Source: a virus (taxonomy: Duplodnaviria > Caudoviricetes). From it: a DNA stretch of 53,531 nt. Position 1 is the first letter of the stretch, and each line of letters starts with the position of its first letter. The DNA is taken from IMG/VR virus record IMGVR_UViG_3300025141_000131, positions 1 through 53,531 of that record. One strand, written 5' to 3'. Of this stretch, positions 6,588 through 17,199 are shown in pieces. The notes under the pieces were generated by a model. It did not search any database. It was not told the origin of the DNA and saw only the letters and a program-made list of their open reading frames with translations. Position numbers and translations under genes: made by a program.

Positions 6588-6648
6588 TGACAAAGTGTCA
6601 TAAGTATTTGACAAAGTGTCATAGTGTCATACTAGTGACAACTTGTCA
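6588..6648. repeat. three TGACA-N3-TGTCA palindromes plus a half site (operator/iteron-like)
   Basis: TGACAAAGTGTCA at 6588 and 6609, TGACAACTTGTCA at 6636, half site AGTGTCA near 6623. Confidence 0.75.
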
Positions 6649-6796
6649 TATTATAATTTATTAGTATAATCATAATTATTTTGATTTATAAAAAATCTAT
6701 ATTTATAGTTATGATTATATAATTTTTCATATAATTTATTATTAAACATGAATAGATTATTTTCTATTGATATTTCTTTTGATAATTTAGTTTGAA

Positions 6797-6985
6797 TCAT
6801 TTTTTATATATTTTATATTTTAAGTAATGTTTATTTAATAATTTAGAAATTGAATCAATTTGTTTAGTAGTAATTTTATGAGTTGATATTAATTTATTAT
6901 TTAATATTATAAAATTGTAATGAAATTGATTTTGAATTAATTTTGATATTAATTGAGTTTGATATTTATTAGTTTGAATAATCAT
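6797..6985 (-). CDS. hypothetical protein, first gene of the early arm
   Basis: 62-aa ORF 6 nt downstream of a promoter motif; extremely AT-rich. Confidence 0.5.
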   Translation of the reverse strand: MIIQTNKYQTQLISKLIQNQFHYNFIILNNKLISTHKITTKQIDSISKLLNKHYLKYKIYKK

Positions 6986-6991
6986 ACATTG

Positions 6992-7031
6992 TTTATTATA
7001 TTATCCACTTCGGAAGATATTTTGTCTGTGA
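6992..7031 (-). promoter_or_regulatory. early promoter-like motif
   Basis: TCACAGACAAAATAT-N9-TGGATAATATAATAAA. Confidence 0.72.
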
Positions 7032-7299
7032 AATGCTTGATAGGTTTTACCAGAAAAAGGCCTAAAAAAGCCCTAAAAAGGGTAGGGCCAGCCAAAAAAA
7101 AGGGGTTTTACAGAGTAAAAAGAGTTAGAGAGAGGAGGGGGGACGCTATACCTCTCTATTCGTAATATTTTTTAGAAAAGCTCTCTCCCTTAATGATAAT
7201 ATACTACGTATATTATCTAGATAGGAGTAATATATATACTATATACCCTATATATACCTTATAAGGGGGAAAAATAATATGTAAAAACGAGAAATAACC
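7032..7299. other. non-coding divergence region; possible genome terminus, packaging site or origin
   Basis: Strand switch; A- and G-tracts, purine run 7110-7144, TATA-rich repeats; function is inference only. Confidence 0.4.
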
Positions 7300-7312
7300 T
7301 GTAAGTATATAA
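7300..7312 (+). promoter_or_regulatory. putative late promoter motif TGTAAGTATATAA
   Basis: Variants precede genes at 17219, 24465, 34091 and 41074. Confidence 0.5.
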
Positions 7313-7334
7313 ACTATAACAAACTCGAGAAAAA

Positions 7335-7790
7335 ATGGCAAATATATCAACATATCCTTTAGGAACACCAGCATCTTCTGATCTTATCCCAGGAACACAG
7401 AAATATACAGATGCAAACGGTGAAACTAAAAACCTTACAAAGAACTTCACGGTGTCACAGCTAGCAGCTTTTGCTAATTCTTATGATTTGGGATATACAG
7501 TGTATACTGCTTTGGTTAATCAAGACGGTACAGCTGATCCCACCCAAACAATACTCCAAAACACAACCGGTCAAACATTAACTTGGGCTAGAACATCCGC
7601 TGGACTTTATACTGTTACCAGTGGTGCTGCGTTATTTACGGCTGATAAAACTATTGTGTTTTTTGAGTCCAATCATATTTTCACACAATTGAACTGGACT
7701 AGAACAAGTACAACAGTTATAACAGTTAATACAAATGAGGAAGACGATAGAATATCAAATGCTCCTTTTGAAGTAAGAATATACTCATAA
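7335..7790 (+). CDS. virion structural/fibre-associated protein
   Basis: MANISTYP start similar to the next gene; beta-rich C-terminus ending EVRIY. Confidence 0.65.
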   Translation: MANISTYPLGTPASSDLIPGTQKYTDANGETKNLTKNFTVSQLAAFANSYDLGYTVYTALVNQDGTADPTQTILQNTTGQTLTWARTSAGLYTVTSGAALFTADKTIVFFESNHIFTQLNWTRTSTTVITVNTNEEDDRISNAPFEVRIYS

Positions 7791-7801
7791 CAAACTAACA
7801 C

Positions 7802-8506
7802 ATGGCAAGAATTAGCTCATATCCATACGATACTACAGTTCAAGATAACGACGCATGGATAGGAACAGAAGGTTCAAATAGAAGAACCAAGCAATTCACT
7901 GCGGAAGCAGTAGCTGAGTATTTAAACATAAATGCTAAAGTAAACATCGGAGGACAAATGTCCTTTAAATGGACTGATGCTGAAAAAGGTGGTGAAGGTA
8001 CAGTATCAGCAGTAGGTGGTGGCGGTGCTGGTTCAGGATTTAATACCATTACAGATTTATTTTTATCGGTAACAGAAATTAACGGGCAAAATGTAGTTGC
8101 TTTTTTAGACTATATAAAAACAAAAAATATTTTACTAGGACAAGGAGATCAAATTAGTCAATTTGGTCATTATACATTAGATACTTATGTAAAAGATACA
8201 GATCCTCTGTATTACAAAGCTGGTTTAACGTATATCGGCGGAAACGGTTCCATAGTAAACGACAAACAATATACACTAATTCATTTTGACATTAGTGATT
8301 CATACGATAAAACTTTTACCTATACCCAAGGAGTACCTGGTAATCCATGGGTGATAGTACACAACTTAAACAAATACCCTTCTGTGTCAGTAACTGATAC
8401 TAATGTAACTCCAAGAGTAGTTAATGCACAGGTAGATTACGATAATGTAAATCAAGTAACTGTTACCTTCGCTGGCAATCAAGCAGGTAAAGCTTACTTA
8501 AACTAA
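7802..8506 (+). CDS. virion structural protein
   Basis: C-terminal WVIVHNLNKYPSVSV...GKAYLN module seen in phage fibre-associated proteins. Confidence 0.7.
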   Translation: MARISSYPYDTTVQDNDAWIGTEGSNRRTKQFTAEAVAEYLNINAKVNIGGQMSFKWTDAEKGGEGTVSAVGGGGAGSGFNTITDLFLSVTEINGQNVVAFLDYIKTKNILLGQGDQISQFGHYTLDTYVKDTDPLYYKAGLTYIGGNGSIVNDKQYTLIHFDISDSYDKTFTYTQGVPGNPWVIVHNLNKYPSVSVTDTNVTPRVVNAQVDYDNVNQVTVTFAGNQAGKAYLN

Positions 8507-8525
8507 CAAATAAACAAACAACGCA

Positions 8526-11180
8526 ATGCCAATACAATTTTTAAATACCGTAAATTTTAATCAAAACAACTTAACAAACGTTGTTATTGATCCTACAGGT
8601 TCCGCACCTACCACTACAGAAGGTGCTATGTACTATGATACTACTGATGATATTATGTATTATAGAAACGCATCAGCATGGGTCGCAATGGACGGATCTA
8701 GTACTGGTGTAACAACTTTTACAAATGCGAATGGAACATTCATTTCAGCTGGAACTACTAATACCGCAGCAACTGGCGCGGTAACAATGGGAACTATAGA
8801 TCTTTCTGCATCAGGTTCAGCAAGTGGTACTACTTTCCTTAGAGGGGATAATACTTGGGCAACTCCTGCTGGAGCATATTCTTGGTGGAAACTAGAAGGA
8901 GATAGTGGTACTCCAATAGAAATAGATGATGGATTTAGAGTAGATTTTGAAGGAGATACTGGTATTACAACTACTGTAACCTCTGGTACTCCAAATGTAT
9001 TAACTATAGATCTTGATGATACAGCTGTAACTCCAGGATCTTATACGTATTCATCTATAACAGTTGATCAACAAGGTAGATTAACTGCAGCATCCTCTGG
9101 ATCAGCTCCAGGAACAATGGATGACTGGACTGTAAGAGATAGTGGTGATGATGATGAAACAGTTTCTGATAATAAGTTTTTAAAGTTTGTAACTGCTACT
9201 GGTGCACTTGCAACAAATCTTTCAGGTGCAGGTACAACTGGAGATCCATTTATAATGACACTTACTTCTCCAAATGATAACACTACATATAGTGTTGCAA
9301 CTTCTTCCGCACTTGGTTTAGTTAAACTTGAGGACGATACAACACAAACTACAGCTGCAAATGCAGTTACAACTACAGCATCGAGAACTTATGGTCTACA
9401 ACTTAATAGTTCTAACCAAGGCGTAATAAACGTACCATGGACTGATACTACAACTAATTATACTTATGCTTTAAGCGTAGGCGCAGTATCATCTAATGAA
9501 TCTACACTATCATTAACTGGTGGTGGAGGTGGTAGTACTACTACTGCTAAATTCTCAGGTACTGCTACGGGAATTGTAATTACAACTCCTTCTACTGGTG
9601 ACGGTGGTGATATTACAATCGGTTTACAAGATGATGTAACGGTTCCTGGAGAATTAACAGTTTCTGGAACTGGACAATCAAGCTTTGGCGGTAAAGTAAC
9701 AGGTGTAACACCTACAGCTTCTACTGATTTAGCAACTAAAGGATATGTTGATACATTAGTTTCAGGAGGTTTAACTTTTAAAGACGGCTTTGATGCTGAT
9801 GGTGGTGCTATTGACGGTGGAGGTAATCTTACTTCTGGTGGTTCAAGAGTTGCAATAACAGTTGGTGATTACTATGTAGTTACTGGTGCTGGTAATTTCT
9901 ACGCAAACGCATCTTATCCATTAGATGATGGTGATTCAGTAATATGTAAGTCTGCAGCGAGCGCGGGTGCTTCTGTAGTAACAGACTGGGTTATTGTATC
10001 TCAAGGTATTGTAGTTAATAGCTTTACAAATACAAACGGAACATTCGTTTCCGCTGGTACCCAAAACAGTGCTGCTAATGGAGCAGTTACAATGGGTACG
10101 ATAGATTTATCTGCTACAGGTACTCCTTCAGGAAGTAATTTCCTTAGAGGTGATAACACCTGGGCTGTTCCTACAAACACTACTTATAGCGCAGCAACTG
10201 CTTCAGCTTTAGGATTAATGAAGTTAGAAGATGACACTGAACAATCAGTAGCAGCAAATGCTGTTAGTGCAACTGCTAGTAGAACATATGGAATACAGTT
10301 TAACTCTAGTGATCAAGCTGTTGTAAACGTTCCATGGACTGATACAAATACAACTTATAGTGTAGCAACAGCTTCGGCATTAGGACTTGTTAAACTAGAA
10401 GACGATACAGAGCAAAGTGTAGCTGCTAACGCGGTTTCTGCAACAGCTAGTCGTACTTATGGTATTCAGCTTAATAGCTCAGAACAAGCGGTAGTAAATG
10501 TACCTTGGACGGATACGAACACTACATACAGTGCGATGACATCATCTGCTCTAGGATTAGGTAAGTTAGAAGATGATACTACACAGACAACTGCGGCTAA
10601 CGCGGTTACGACTACAGCAAGTAGAACTTACGGAATTCAATTTAATTCTTCAAATCAATTAGTAGTAAATGTCCCTTGGACAGATACAACTGGAGCAGTA
10701 ACCTCAGTAGCTGCATCATCTACTAATGATGAACTTGGAGCTATTGTATCTCCTACAACTGGAGCAGTAAAAGTTGGTATCGATATTAAAGGTACTACAA
10801 ATTTAGGTGCAGCACCAGCAGGCGGTGATGAATTATTAATACACGATGTTACTGCTGATCGAAATTATGCAATTACAGTTGATAACTTAATCAACACTGT
10901 TTCGCGTGGTATGAGAGTATCATTAGATACAGCTCTTGGTTATGTTGCTGCACAATCAGGTGCACCAGCTGGAACAGAAGGTTGGGTAGTTGATTTAGAT
11001 CACGCATCAGTATTCCCAACATTAGCTAGTTCTTTAGATGTATCATGTGAGGTAATAACTTCAGGTGGTGAAACAGTATATGCTGATGTAACCAGAGGAA
11101 CTAAAGACATGACAATAAATTTTGTTGGTAGCGGTATATCACAAGGAACATATGAGGTTATTCTTACAAGAGTAGCATAA
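8526..11180 (+). CDS. fibre protein with internal repeats (884 aa)
   Basis: Thr/Ser/Gly rich; FLRGDNTW, ITVDQQGRLT and ATKGYVD fibre motifs; four 57-aa repeats. Confidence 0.82.
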   Translation: MPIQFLNTVNFNQNNLTNVVIDPTGSAPTTTEGAMYYDTTDDIMYYRNASAWVAMDGSSTGVTTFTNANGTFISAGTTNTAATGAVTMGTIDLSASGSASGTTFLRGDNTWATPAGAYSWWKLEGDSGTPIEIDDGFRVDFEGDTGITTTVTSGTPNVLTIDLDDTAVTPGSYTYSSITVDQQGRLTAASSGSAPGTMDDWTVRDSGDDDETVSDNKFLKFVTATGALATNLSGAGTTGDPFIMTLTSPNDNTTYSVATSSALGLVKLEDDTTQTTAANAVTTTASRTYGLQLNSSNQGVINVPWTDTTTNYTYALSVGAVSSNESTLSLTGGGGGSTTTAKFSGTATGIVITTPSTGDGGDITIGLQDDVTVPGELTVSGTGQSSFGGKVTGVTPTASTDLATKGYVDTLVSGGLTFKDGFDADGGAIDGGGNLTSGGSRVAITVGDYYVVTGAGNFYANASYPLDDGDSVICKSAASAGASVVTDWVIVSQGIVVNSFTNTNGTFVSAGTQNSAANGAVTMGTIDLSATGTPSGSNFLRGDNTWAVPTNTTYSAATASALGLMKLEDDTEQSVAANAVSATASRTYGIQFNSSDQAVVNVPWTDTNTTYSVATASALGLVKLEDDTEQSVAANAVSATASRTYGIQLNSSEQAVVNVPWTDTNTTYSAMTSSALGLGKLEDDTTQTTAANAVTTTASRTYGIQFNSSNQLVVNVPWTDTTGAVTSVAASSTNDELGAIVSPTTGAVKVGIDIKGTTNLGAAPAGGDELLIHDVTADRNYAITVDNLINTVSRGMRVSLDTALGYVAAQSGAPAGTEGWVVDLDHASVFPTLASSLDVSCEVITSGGETVYADVTRGTKDMTINFVGSGISQGTYEVILTRVA
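10176..10686 (+). repeat. three tandem 171-nt (57-aa) coding repeats; fourth copy near 9279-9446
   Basis: NTTYS.AT.SALGL.KLEDDT...SRTYG.Q.NSS.Q.V.NVPWTD starting at 10176, 10347 and 10518. Confidence 0.9.
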
Positions 11181-11203
11181 ATTAAATATAATAAATATTA
11201 GCT

Positions 11204-14200
11204 ATGGCTATAAATTTTTTAAATCACGGAAGTTTTCCAGATGATGCAGAATTAATTTTTGGAGATGGCTCAGATTTAAAAATATATCATTCAAGTGGAA
11301 ATTCTAGTATTAAAAATATTACTGGGCAACTTAGATTTGGTGGTAATGATATAAGACTACAAACTCAGAATTTTAGTGAAGATTATATACTTTGTGAGGA
11401 TGGTGGGGCAGTTACTTTATATTATGATGATTCTGCAAAACTAGCAACTGATAGTGCGGGAGTAACAGTAACAGGCATAGTAACTGCTACTGGTGGAACT
11501 TCTACAGAGTGGAATGAGGCTTACGATAACATGATAACTGCATTTAGTGATTCAGGTTCATCAACTATTACTTTAACGCTTACACAACAAGATGGTGGTA
11601 CTTTAACTACTTCATTTAGTAATCCACAAGGAACAGTAACAAGTGTTACTGCAGGAACAGGTTTAGATGGTGGTACAATAACTGGATCAGGTACAATAGA
11701 TTTAGCTGACACAGCAGTAAGTGCAGGTTCTTATACTAACGCTTCAATAACAGTAGACGCCCAAGGTAGACTTACCGCAGCATCTACTGGAAGTGATGCC
11801 CAAGGAGTTACTTCAATAACATTCACATCGGATTCAGGAAGTACATCTGCTATAACAAGTACTGGAACAATCGACATAGCTGGTGGAACAAACGTAACAA
11901 CATCCGCAACTGGATCAACTGTTACTATTAACTCTACTGATCAATATACAGGTACAGTTACTTCAGTTTCGTCTAGTACAACTGATCAATTGACAGTAGC
12001 TAATTCAACAACAACTCCAGCATTAACTATTGTAACAGGTGCTGTAACAAATGGCGGAACTGCATTAGCAACTGGTGATCAAATATATGACGCCACAACC
12101 ACAAGATTAAGTGGTTATTTACCTCTTACAGCTGGCTCAGGCGTTCCTTTAACAGGTAGCTTATATATTGAAGCAGCAAGTACGCCTCAACTAAATATAA
12201 AAGATACTACAAATAATTTAGTAGGTAGATTTAGAGTTGGAAATACTTCAATGTACATAGACGCTGATGCAGGAGAAGGAGTAGCAAGTACATCAATGCA
12301 ACTACAAATAGATGCTGAAACAAAATTAAACCTTACAGAAAGTATTAGTAGATTCCAAGGTCAAAATGTATCTATAAGAAGAGAGGATACAGTACCAGTT
12401 CTTAATTTTGAAAGAAATGATGCTACTATAGTTTCTGGTAATGATATAGGACAACTGATATTTAAAGGTGCAGATCCAAGTAGTTATAATGAAGGAGCAA
12501 GGATGTCAGTAGAAGCTGATGGCACGTGGGATACAGATACTTTTCCAACTCGAATAAAATTTGAAGTAAAAGCAACTGATACATTACAAACTGCACTAAA
12601 AATAAACTCTGATGCAGAAATAAATTTTGGTCAGTATGGTAGTGGAACTTTTACAGGAACTTCAGCTTATTATATAATTGCAAATTCATCAGGTAATCTT
12701 ATAGAAAAAACTCCAGCCCAAGTAAGAACAGATATTGGAGCTGGTACAGGTGATGGTACAGTAACAAGCATCACTGCGGGAACAGGTTTGGACGGAGGAA
12801 CTATAACAGGTTCTGGTACGATAGATTTAGCAGATACAGCAGTTACCGCTGGAAGTTATACCTCTGCAGCAATAACTGTAGATGCACAAGGAAGAATAAC
12901 AGCGGCGTCAAGTGGAAGTCCAGGGGACATCACAGGGGTAACAGCAGGTAATTATTTAAATGGTGGTGGTACTTCAGGTACAGTAACTGTTAATCATGAT
13001 ACAACATCAAGATCAGATACTTCTTCATCAGCTTCACCAGGATCAGCTGGAACATTTACATGTGTTGATTCGGTAACAACTGGAACTTATGGACATATTA
13101 CTGCTTTAAATCTTAAGACAGTAACAATGCCTACTTCAAGTAGTACTACAGGTACTGTAACCAGTGTTGCAACAGGTGCTGGATTAAGCGGAGGTACAAT
13201 AACTACTACAGGTACACTAATACTAGATGTAGAAAGCTCAACTACCACCACAACATCAAGTAATGCGGATTGGTTCTCTATTGCCAACACAGGAGGTACT
13301 ACATATAAAATAGCCCCGGGAGATATTGATCTTTCTACAATGAATAACGATTCTGGCTGGACAACTAATTCAGGAACAGTAACTAGTGTAGCAACCAGTT
13401 CTCCAATTACAGGTGGTACTATAACAGGTAGTGGGACAATAGGAATTAGTAATGCAACAGGTACTACAGTGGGTGCAGCCGCAATTCAAGCGGGAACAGG
13501 AATTAGTGTTAGTGATAGTAGTGGTGTTTATACAATAACAAATAGTTCTCCTTCTTCAGGAGGTACAGTTACTTCAGTAGCTGTAACAGTAGGAACAGGA
13601 TTAGATGTATCAGGTTCTCCTATAACAGGCAGTGGTACAATTGATATTGATTTAGATTTAACTGAACTTACATTAGGCGCTGGTATAGATTCAACAGCAA
13701 CTGGTCTTAGTTTAGATTTATCTGAATTTACCGACATGACAGCTACTATGACAGGTAGTGACGAATTTATTGTATTAGATAGTTCAGCTGAAAGAAGAAA
13801 AGCAGCAAGTGAAATTGGATTAAGTATATTTAGTAATGATTCAGGATTTACTACAAATACTGGCACAGTAACTTCAGTAGCGGTAACTGCTGGAAGTGGG
13901 ATTAGCATATCAGGTTCTCCAATTACAGGTAGTGGTACTATAACTGTTACAAATACTCAAACTTCTGATACAGGAGTTCCTGCGATTTTATCTGATGGTG
14001 CAAGTCCTACATTAAATACAGGAATAAGCGCAGCAGAAGTAAGATCTTTAATTGGAGCGGGTACTTCTTCAACTACAGGTACCGTAACAAGTATAACTGT
14101 AGGAGCAGGGGATGGTTTAACTGGCGGTGGAACAATTACAACATCTGGAACAGTTACTTTAGATGTTGGAGCTGGTACAGGAATTGATGTTGGAGCTGAT

Positions 14201-16477
14201 AGTATAGCTATTGATTTAAGTGAATTATCTACAACAACTGATTCAGGTAATGCAGATTTCTTTGCTATCACAAACTCATCTAGTTCACAATATAAAATAG
14301 CCCCAGGAGATATAGATTTATCCACCATGAATAATGATTCTGGCTGGACTTCAAATTCCGGGGATATTACAAACGTAGGTGTTACTTCACCGATAACAGG
14401 TGGAGGAAGTTCAGGTTCTGTTACAATAGCCCATGCAGCTTCAGGGGTAAGTGCAGGGAGTTATACACACGCTTCTATTACAGTAGATGCAACAGGTCAC
14501 GTTACTGCAGCATCTAGTGGAAGTCCTGGAGATATTACAGGGGTAGAAGCAGGAGTAGGATTGTCCGGAGGTGGAACATCAGGAGATGTAACTCTTACAT
14601 TAGATGTTGAAGATTCAACAACTACAACTACATCAAGTAATGCGGATTGGTTTTCTATAGCTAATACCGCAGGAACAACTTATAAGATAGCACCAGGAGA
14701 CATAGATTTATCTACTATGAATAATGATAGCGGATGGACTTCAAACAGTGGGGATATTACAAATGTAAGTACAACTTCACCAATAGGTGGCGGAGGATCA
14801 TCCGGATCTGTAACTATTACACACGATAGTCAAACTGACACAGAAACAACGTCATCTGAAACATTAACATCAGCTGATACATTTACGGCTTATACAAGTG
14901 TTACTGTAAATGCTACAGGTCATGTTACAGGACATAATTTAAAAACATATACACTACCTACCTCAGTAAGTAGTAGTGGTGTAACATCCGTAGCGACTAG
15001 TGCTGGTACAATTAATGGCTTAGGAGTAACAGGCGGAACTATTACAGGAACTGGTACTATAGCATTAACTGGAACACTTGCAATTAATAATAGTGATTGG
15101 TCAGGCACTGACTTAGCTGTTGCTAATGGTGGTACAGGTAGAAGTACTCTTTCATCTGGACAAGTTTTATTAGGAAACGGTACTTCAGGTATAAACTCAA
15201 GAGCAATAGGTATAGCAGATGATAATATTGTAGAAATAGATCATGCTTCGGTAGCAGATAATGATTATGCTAAGTTTACAGCAAATGGTTTAGAAGGTAG
15301 AAGTTATGCACAAGTTTTATCAGATATTGGTGCAGGTACAGGAGATGGAACAGTTACTTCAGTAGGAATTACTGCTGGTACAGGAATAAGTGTATCTGGT
15401 TCTCCAGTTACAGGATCAGGAAGTATAACCGTAACAAATTCAGCACCATTTACATGGGATGGCGGTGGAGCTACAAATAAAATTGCAATTTGGAGTGATG
15501 CAGATACTCTATCATATGATACTGATCTTAGTTGGACACCAGGTTCAAACATGCTTAGTGCTGACGCGCTTTCATGTGATGATTTATATCTTACTGATAC
15601 CGCAGCTAGTGGCGCTCTTAGTGGTTATGTTGGTATTGAAGCTACTCAATTAGTTTCAAGAACAGCGGCTCAAGTAAGAAGTGATATTGGTGCGGGCACA
15701 GGAAGCGGTAGTGTTACTTCAATAGGTATTACAGCGGGAACTGCAATATCTGTATCTGGTTCTCCAGTTACAAGTTCAGGAAGTATAACAGTTAATAATA
15801 CAGGGGTTACAAGTATAGTAGCTGGAAGTAATATATCTGTAAGTGGGGCAACTGGCGCAGTTACTGTAGCTACTACTGGTTTAGATAATTATGATTATTG
15901 GACGGCTTCCGATGGACTGTCTACAGTAAATGTAACAAGTGGATCCACATTAACATTTGAAGGGGGTTCTAATATAACTACAACCAAAGGTTCAGGAAAA
16001 ATAACTTTTGCAGCAACTGGATTATTACCACTTGCTGGTGGTACAATGACTGGAGATATAGTTTTAGCAGATGATGGTGGTATTCAACTTGATACTTCAT
16101 TATCATCAGGTGTTTCTGGTACAATAATTAAAATTGGATCTGGAACAACGGTCGCAGGAAAATATTATACTTTAATATCATCTGGTGGTGGTACATGGGA
16201 AGTAGCTGAATCAGAAACAGAAACTTATTCTACTGGTATGTTAGGATTTGCGATAGGAACAAGTCCAACCTCAAATGGTATTTTAACTAATGGAATTTTA
16301 TATGATAGTAGTCATGGTTTTACAATTGGAGCACCTTTATATATATCAGAAACAGGAGGTACTGTAACTAACACCGCACCGACTAGTAGTGAAGCAGTAG
16401 TTAGGGTAGTTGGATATGCAATAGATACAGATGAAATTTATTTCTGTCCAGATAATACATGGGTGTTATTAGATTAA
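11204..16477 (+). CDS. long fibre protein (1757 aa)
   Basis: Many GTVTSV/GDIT.V repeats, GSYT.A.ITVDA.GR motifs, LPLAGGTMTG; C-terminal GAPLYIS...VRVVGYA domain. Confidence 0.85.
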   Translation: MAINFLNHGSFPDDAELIFGDGSDLKIYHSSGNSSIKNITGQLRFGGNDIRLQTQNFSEDYILCEDGGAVTLYYDDSAKLATDSAGVTVTGIVTATGGTSTEWNEAYDNMITAFSDSGSSTITLTLTQQDGGTLTTSFSNPQGTVTSVTAGTGLDGGTITGSGTIDLADTAVSAGSYTNASITVDAQGRLTAASTGSDAQGVTSITFTSDSGSTSAITSTGTIDIAGGTNVTTSATGSTVTINSTDQYTGTVTSVSSSTTDQLTVANSTTTPALTIVTGAVTNGGTALATGDQIYDATTTRLSGYLPLTAGSGVPLTGSLYIEAASTPQLNIKDTTNNLVGRFRVGNTSMYIDADAGEGVASTSMQLQIDAETKLNLTESISRFQGQNVSIRREDTVPVLNFERNDATIVSGNDIGQLIFKGADPSSYNEGARMSVEADGTWDTDTFPTRIKFEVKATDTLQTALKINSDAEINFGQYGSGTFTGTSAYYIIANSSGNLIEKTPAQVRTDIGAGTGDGTVTSITAGTGLDGGTITGSGTIDLADTAVTAGSYTSAAITVDAQGRITAASSGSPGDITGVTAGNYLNGGGTSGTVTVNHDTTSRSDTSSSASPGSAGTFTCVDSVTTGTYGHITALNLKTVTMPTSSSTTGTVTSVATGAGLSGGTITTTGTLILDVESSTTTTTSSNADWFSIANTGGTTYKIAPGDIDLSTMNNDSGWTTNSGTVTSVATSSPITGGTITGSGTIGISNATGTTVGAAAIQAGTGISVSDSSGVYTITNSSPSSGGTVTSVAVTVGTGLDVSGSPITGSGTIDIDLDLTELTLGAGIDSTATGLSLDLSEFTDMTATMTGSDEFIVLDSSAERRKAASEIGLSIFSNDSGFTTNTGTVTSVAVTAGSGISISGSPITGSGTITVTNTQTSDTGVPAILSDGASPTLNTGISAAEVRSLIGAGTSSTTGTVTSITVGAGDGLTGGGTITTSGTVTLDVGAGTGIDVGADSIAIDLSELSTTTDSGNADFFAITNSSSSQYKIAPGDIDLSTMNNDSGWTSNSGDITNVGVTSPITGGGSSGSVTIAHAASGVSAGSYTHASITVDATGHVTAASSGSPGDITGVEAGVGLSGGGTSGDVTLTLDVEDSTTTTTSSNADWFSIANTAGTTYKIAPGDIDLSTMNNDSGWTSNSGDITNVSTTSPIGGGGSSGSVTITHDSQTDTETTSSETLTSADTFTAYTSVTVNATGHVTGHNLKTYTLPTSVSSSGVTSVATSAGTINGLGVTGGTITGTGTIALTGTLAINNSDWSGTDLAVANGGTGRSTLSSGQVLLGNGTSGINSRAIGIADDNIVEIDHASVADNDYAKFTANGLEGRSYAQVLSDIGAGTGDGTVTSVGITAGTGISVSGSPVTGSGSITVTNSAPFTWDGGGATNKIAIWSDADTLSYDTDLSWTPGSNMLSADALSCDDLYLTDTAASGALSGYVGIEATQLVSRTAAQVRSDIGAGTGSGSVTSIGITAGTAISVSGSPVTSSGSITVNNTGVTSIVAGSNISVSGATGAVTVATTGLDNYDYWTASDGLSTVNVTSGSTLTFEGGSNITTTKGSGKITFAATGLLPLAGGTMTGDIVLADDGGIQLDTSLSSGVSGTIIKIGSGTTVAGKYYTLISSGGGTWEVAESETETYSTGMLGFAIGTSPTSNGILTNGILYDSSHGFTIGAPLYISETGGTVTNTAPTSSEAVVRVVGYAIDTDEIYFCPDNTWVLLD

Positions 16478-16488
16478 AAAAATAAATT

Positions 16489-17199
16489 ATGGCAACAGTA
16501 AGCGCAAGTAAATACGGTTGGGTATCAGCAACAAGTGAATTAGGTTGGATGACAGCTCGTGATGCTACTACAGGTAATAGTACTCAAAATCAATCAACAA
16601 GTACAAACACTGAATCAGTTAGAGTAAATTATGTTTCAGGAGGTAAAGGAAGTGAGTGGTTAGTTAAAAGGCAGTTTTTAGCATTTAACGTTACAGCTTA
16701 TCAAACTGGATATACTATAACAGATTTAAAATTATATTACAAACCTACTACCAGTACGACGGGAAGTGGTGGTGCAGGTTTGAAAGTGGCACTAGTAAAG
16801 TCAACAGCTCAAGGAAATGCTAATGCAGATTTAACAACTAGTGATATTAATAATTTTGATGATACTGTAGATTATGCGGATAATGATGGACTTGTTGTTT
16901 GGCGGGATTTATCAACTCTACAATATTGGGATTTAAATTCAACAGCTATTAGTGCTATAACAAGCACTGGGTATCTTAAGATTTGTGTAATGCAATATTT
17001 AAATGATTATCCAGATACAGCTCCAACTACAAATCCTACTAACCTAAACGGTTATTCTAATTATAGTACAATACCTTATTTAAGCTTTACTGCAACAGCT
17101 ACAGGTTATGGAAATGATGTAATAGGTGTTGGTCACACAAATATAAATAAAATAATTACTGTATCATCTGCCGATATATCAGAAGTTATAGGAGCATAA
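16489..17199 (+). CDS. fibre-associated structural protein
   Basis: 236-aa beta-rich ORF following the fibre genes. Confidence 0.6.
   Translation: MATVSASKYGWVSATSELGWMTARDATTGNSTQNQSTSTNTESVRVNYVSGGKGSEWLVKRQFLAFNVTAYQTGYTITDLKLYYKPTTSTTGSGGAGLKVALVKSTAQGNANADLTTSDINNFDDTVDYADNDGLVVWRDLSTLQYWDLNSTAISAITSTGYLKICVMQYLNDYPDTAPTTNPTNLNGYSNYSTIPYLSFTATATGYGNDVIGVGHTNINKIITVSSADISEVIGA

Noticed and set aside
8526-16477. Diversity-generating retroelement or CRISPR array in the repeats
   Set aside because: Repeats are in-frame coding units differing mainly at synonymous sites; no reverse transcriptase, adenine-specific variation or spacer pattern
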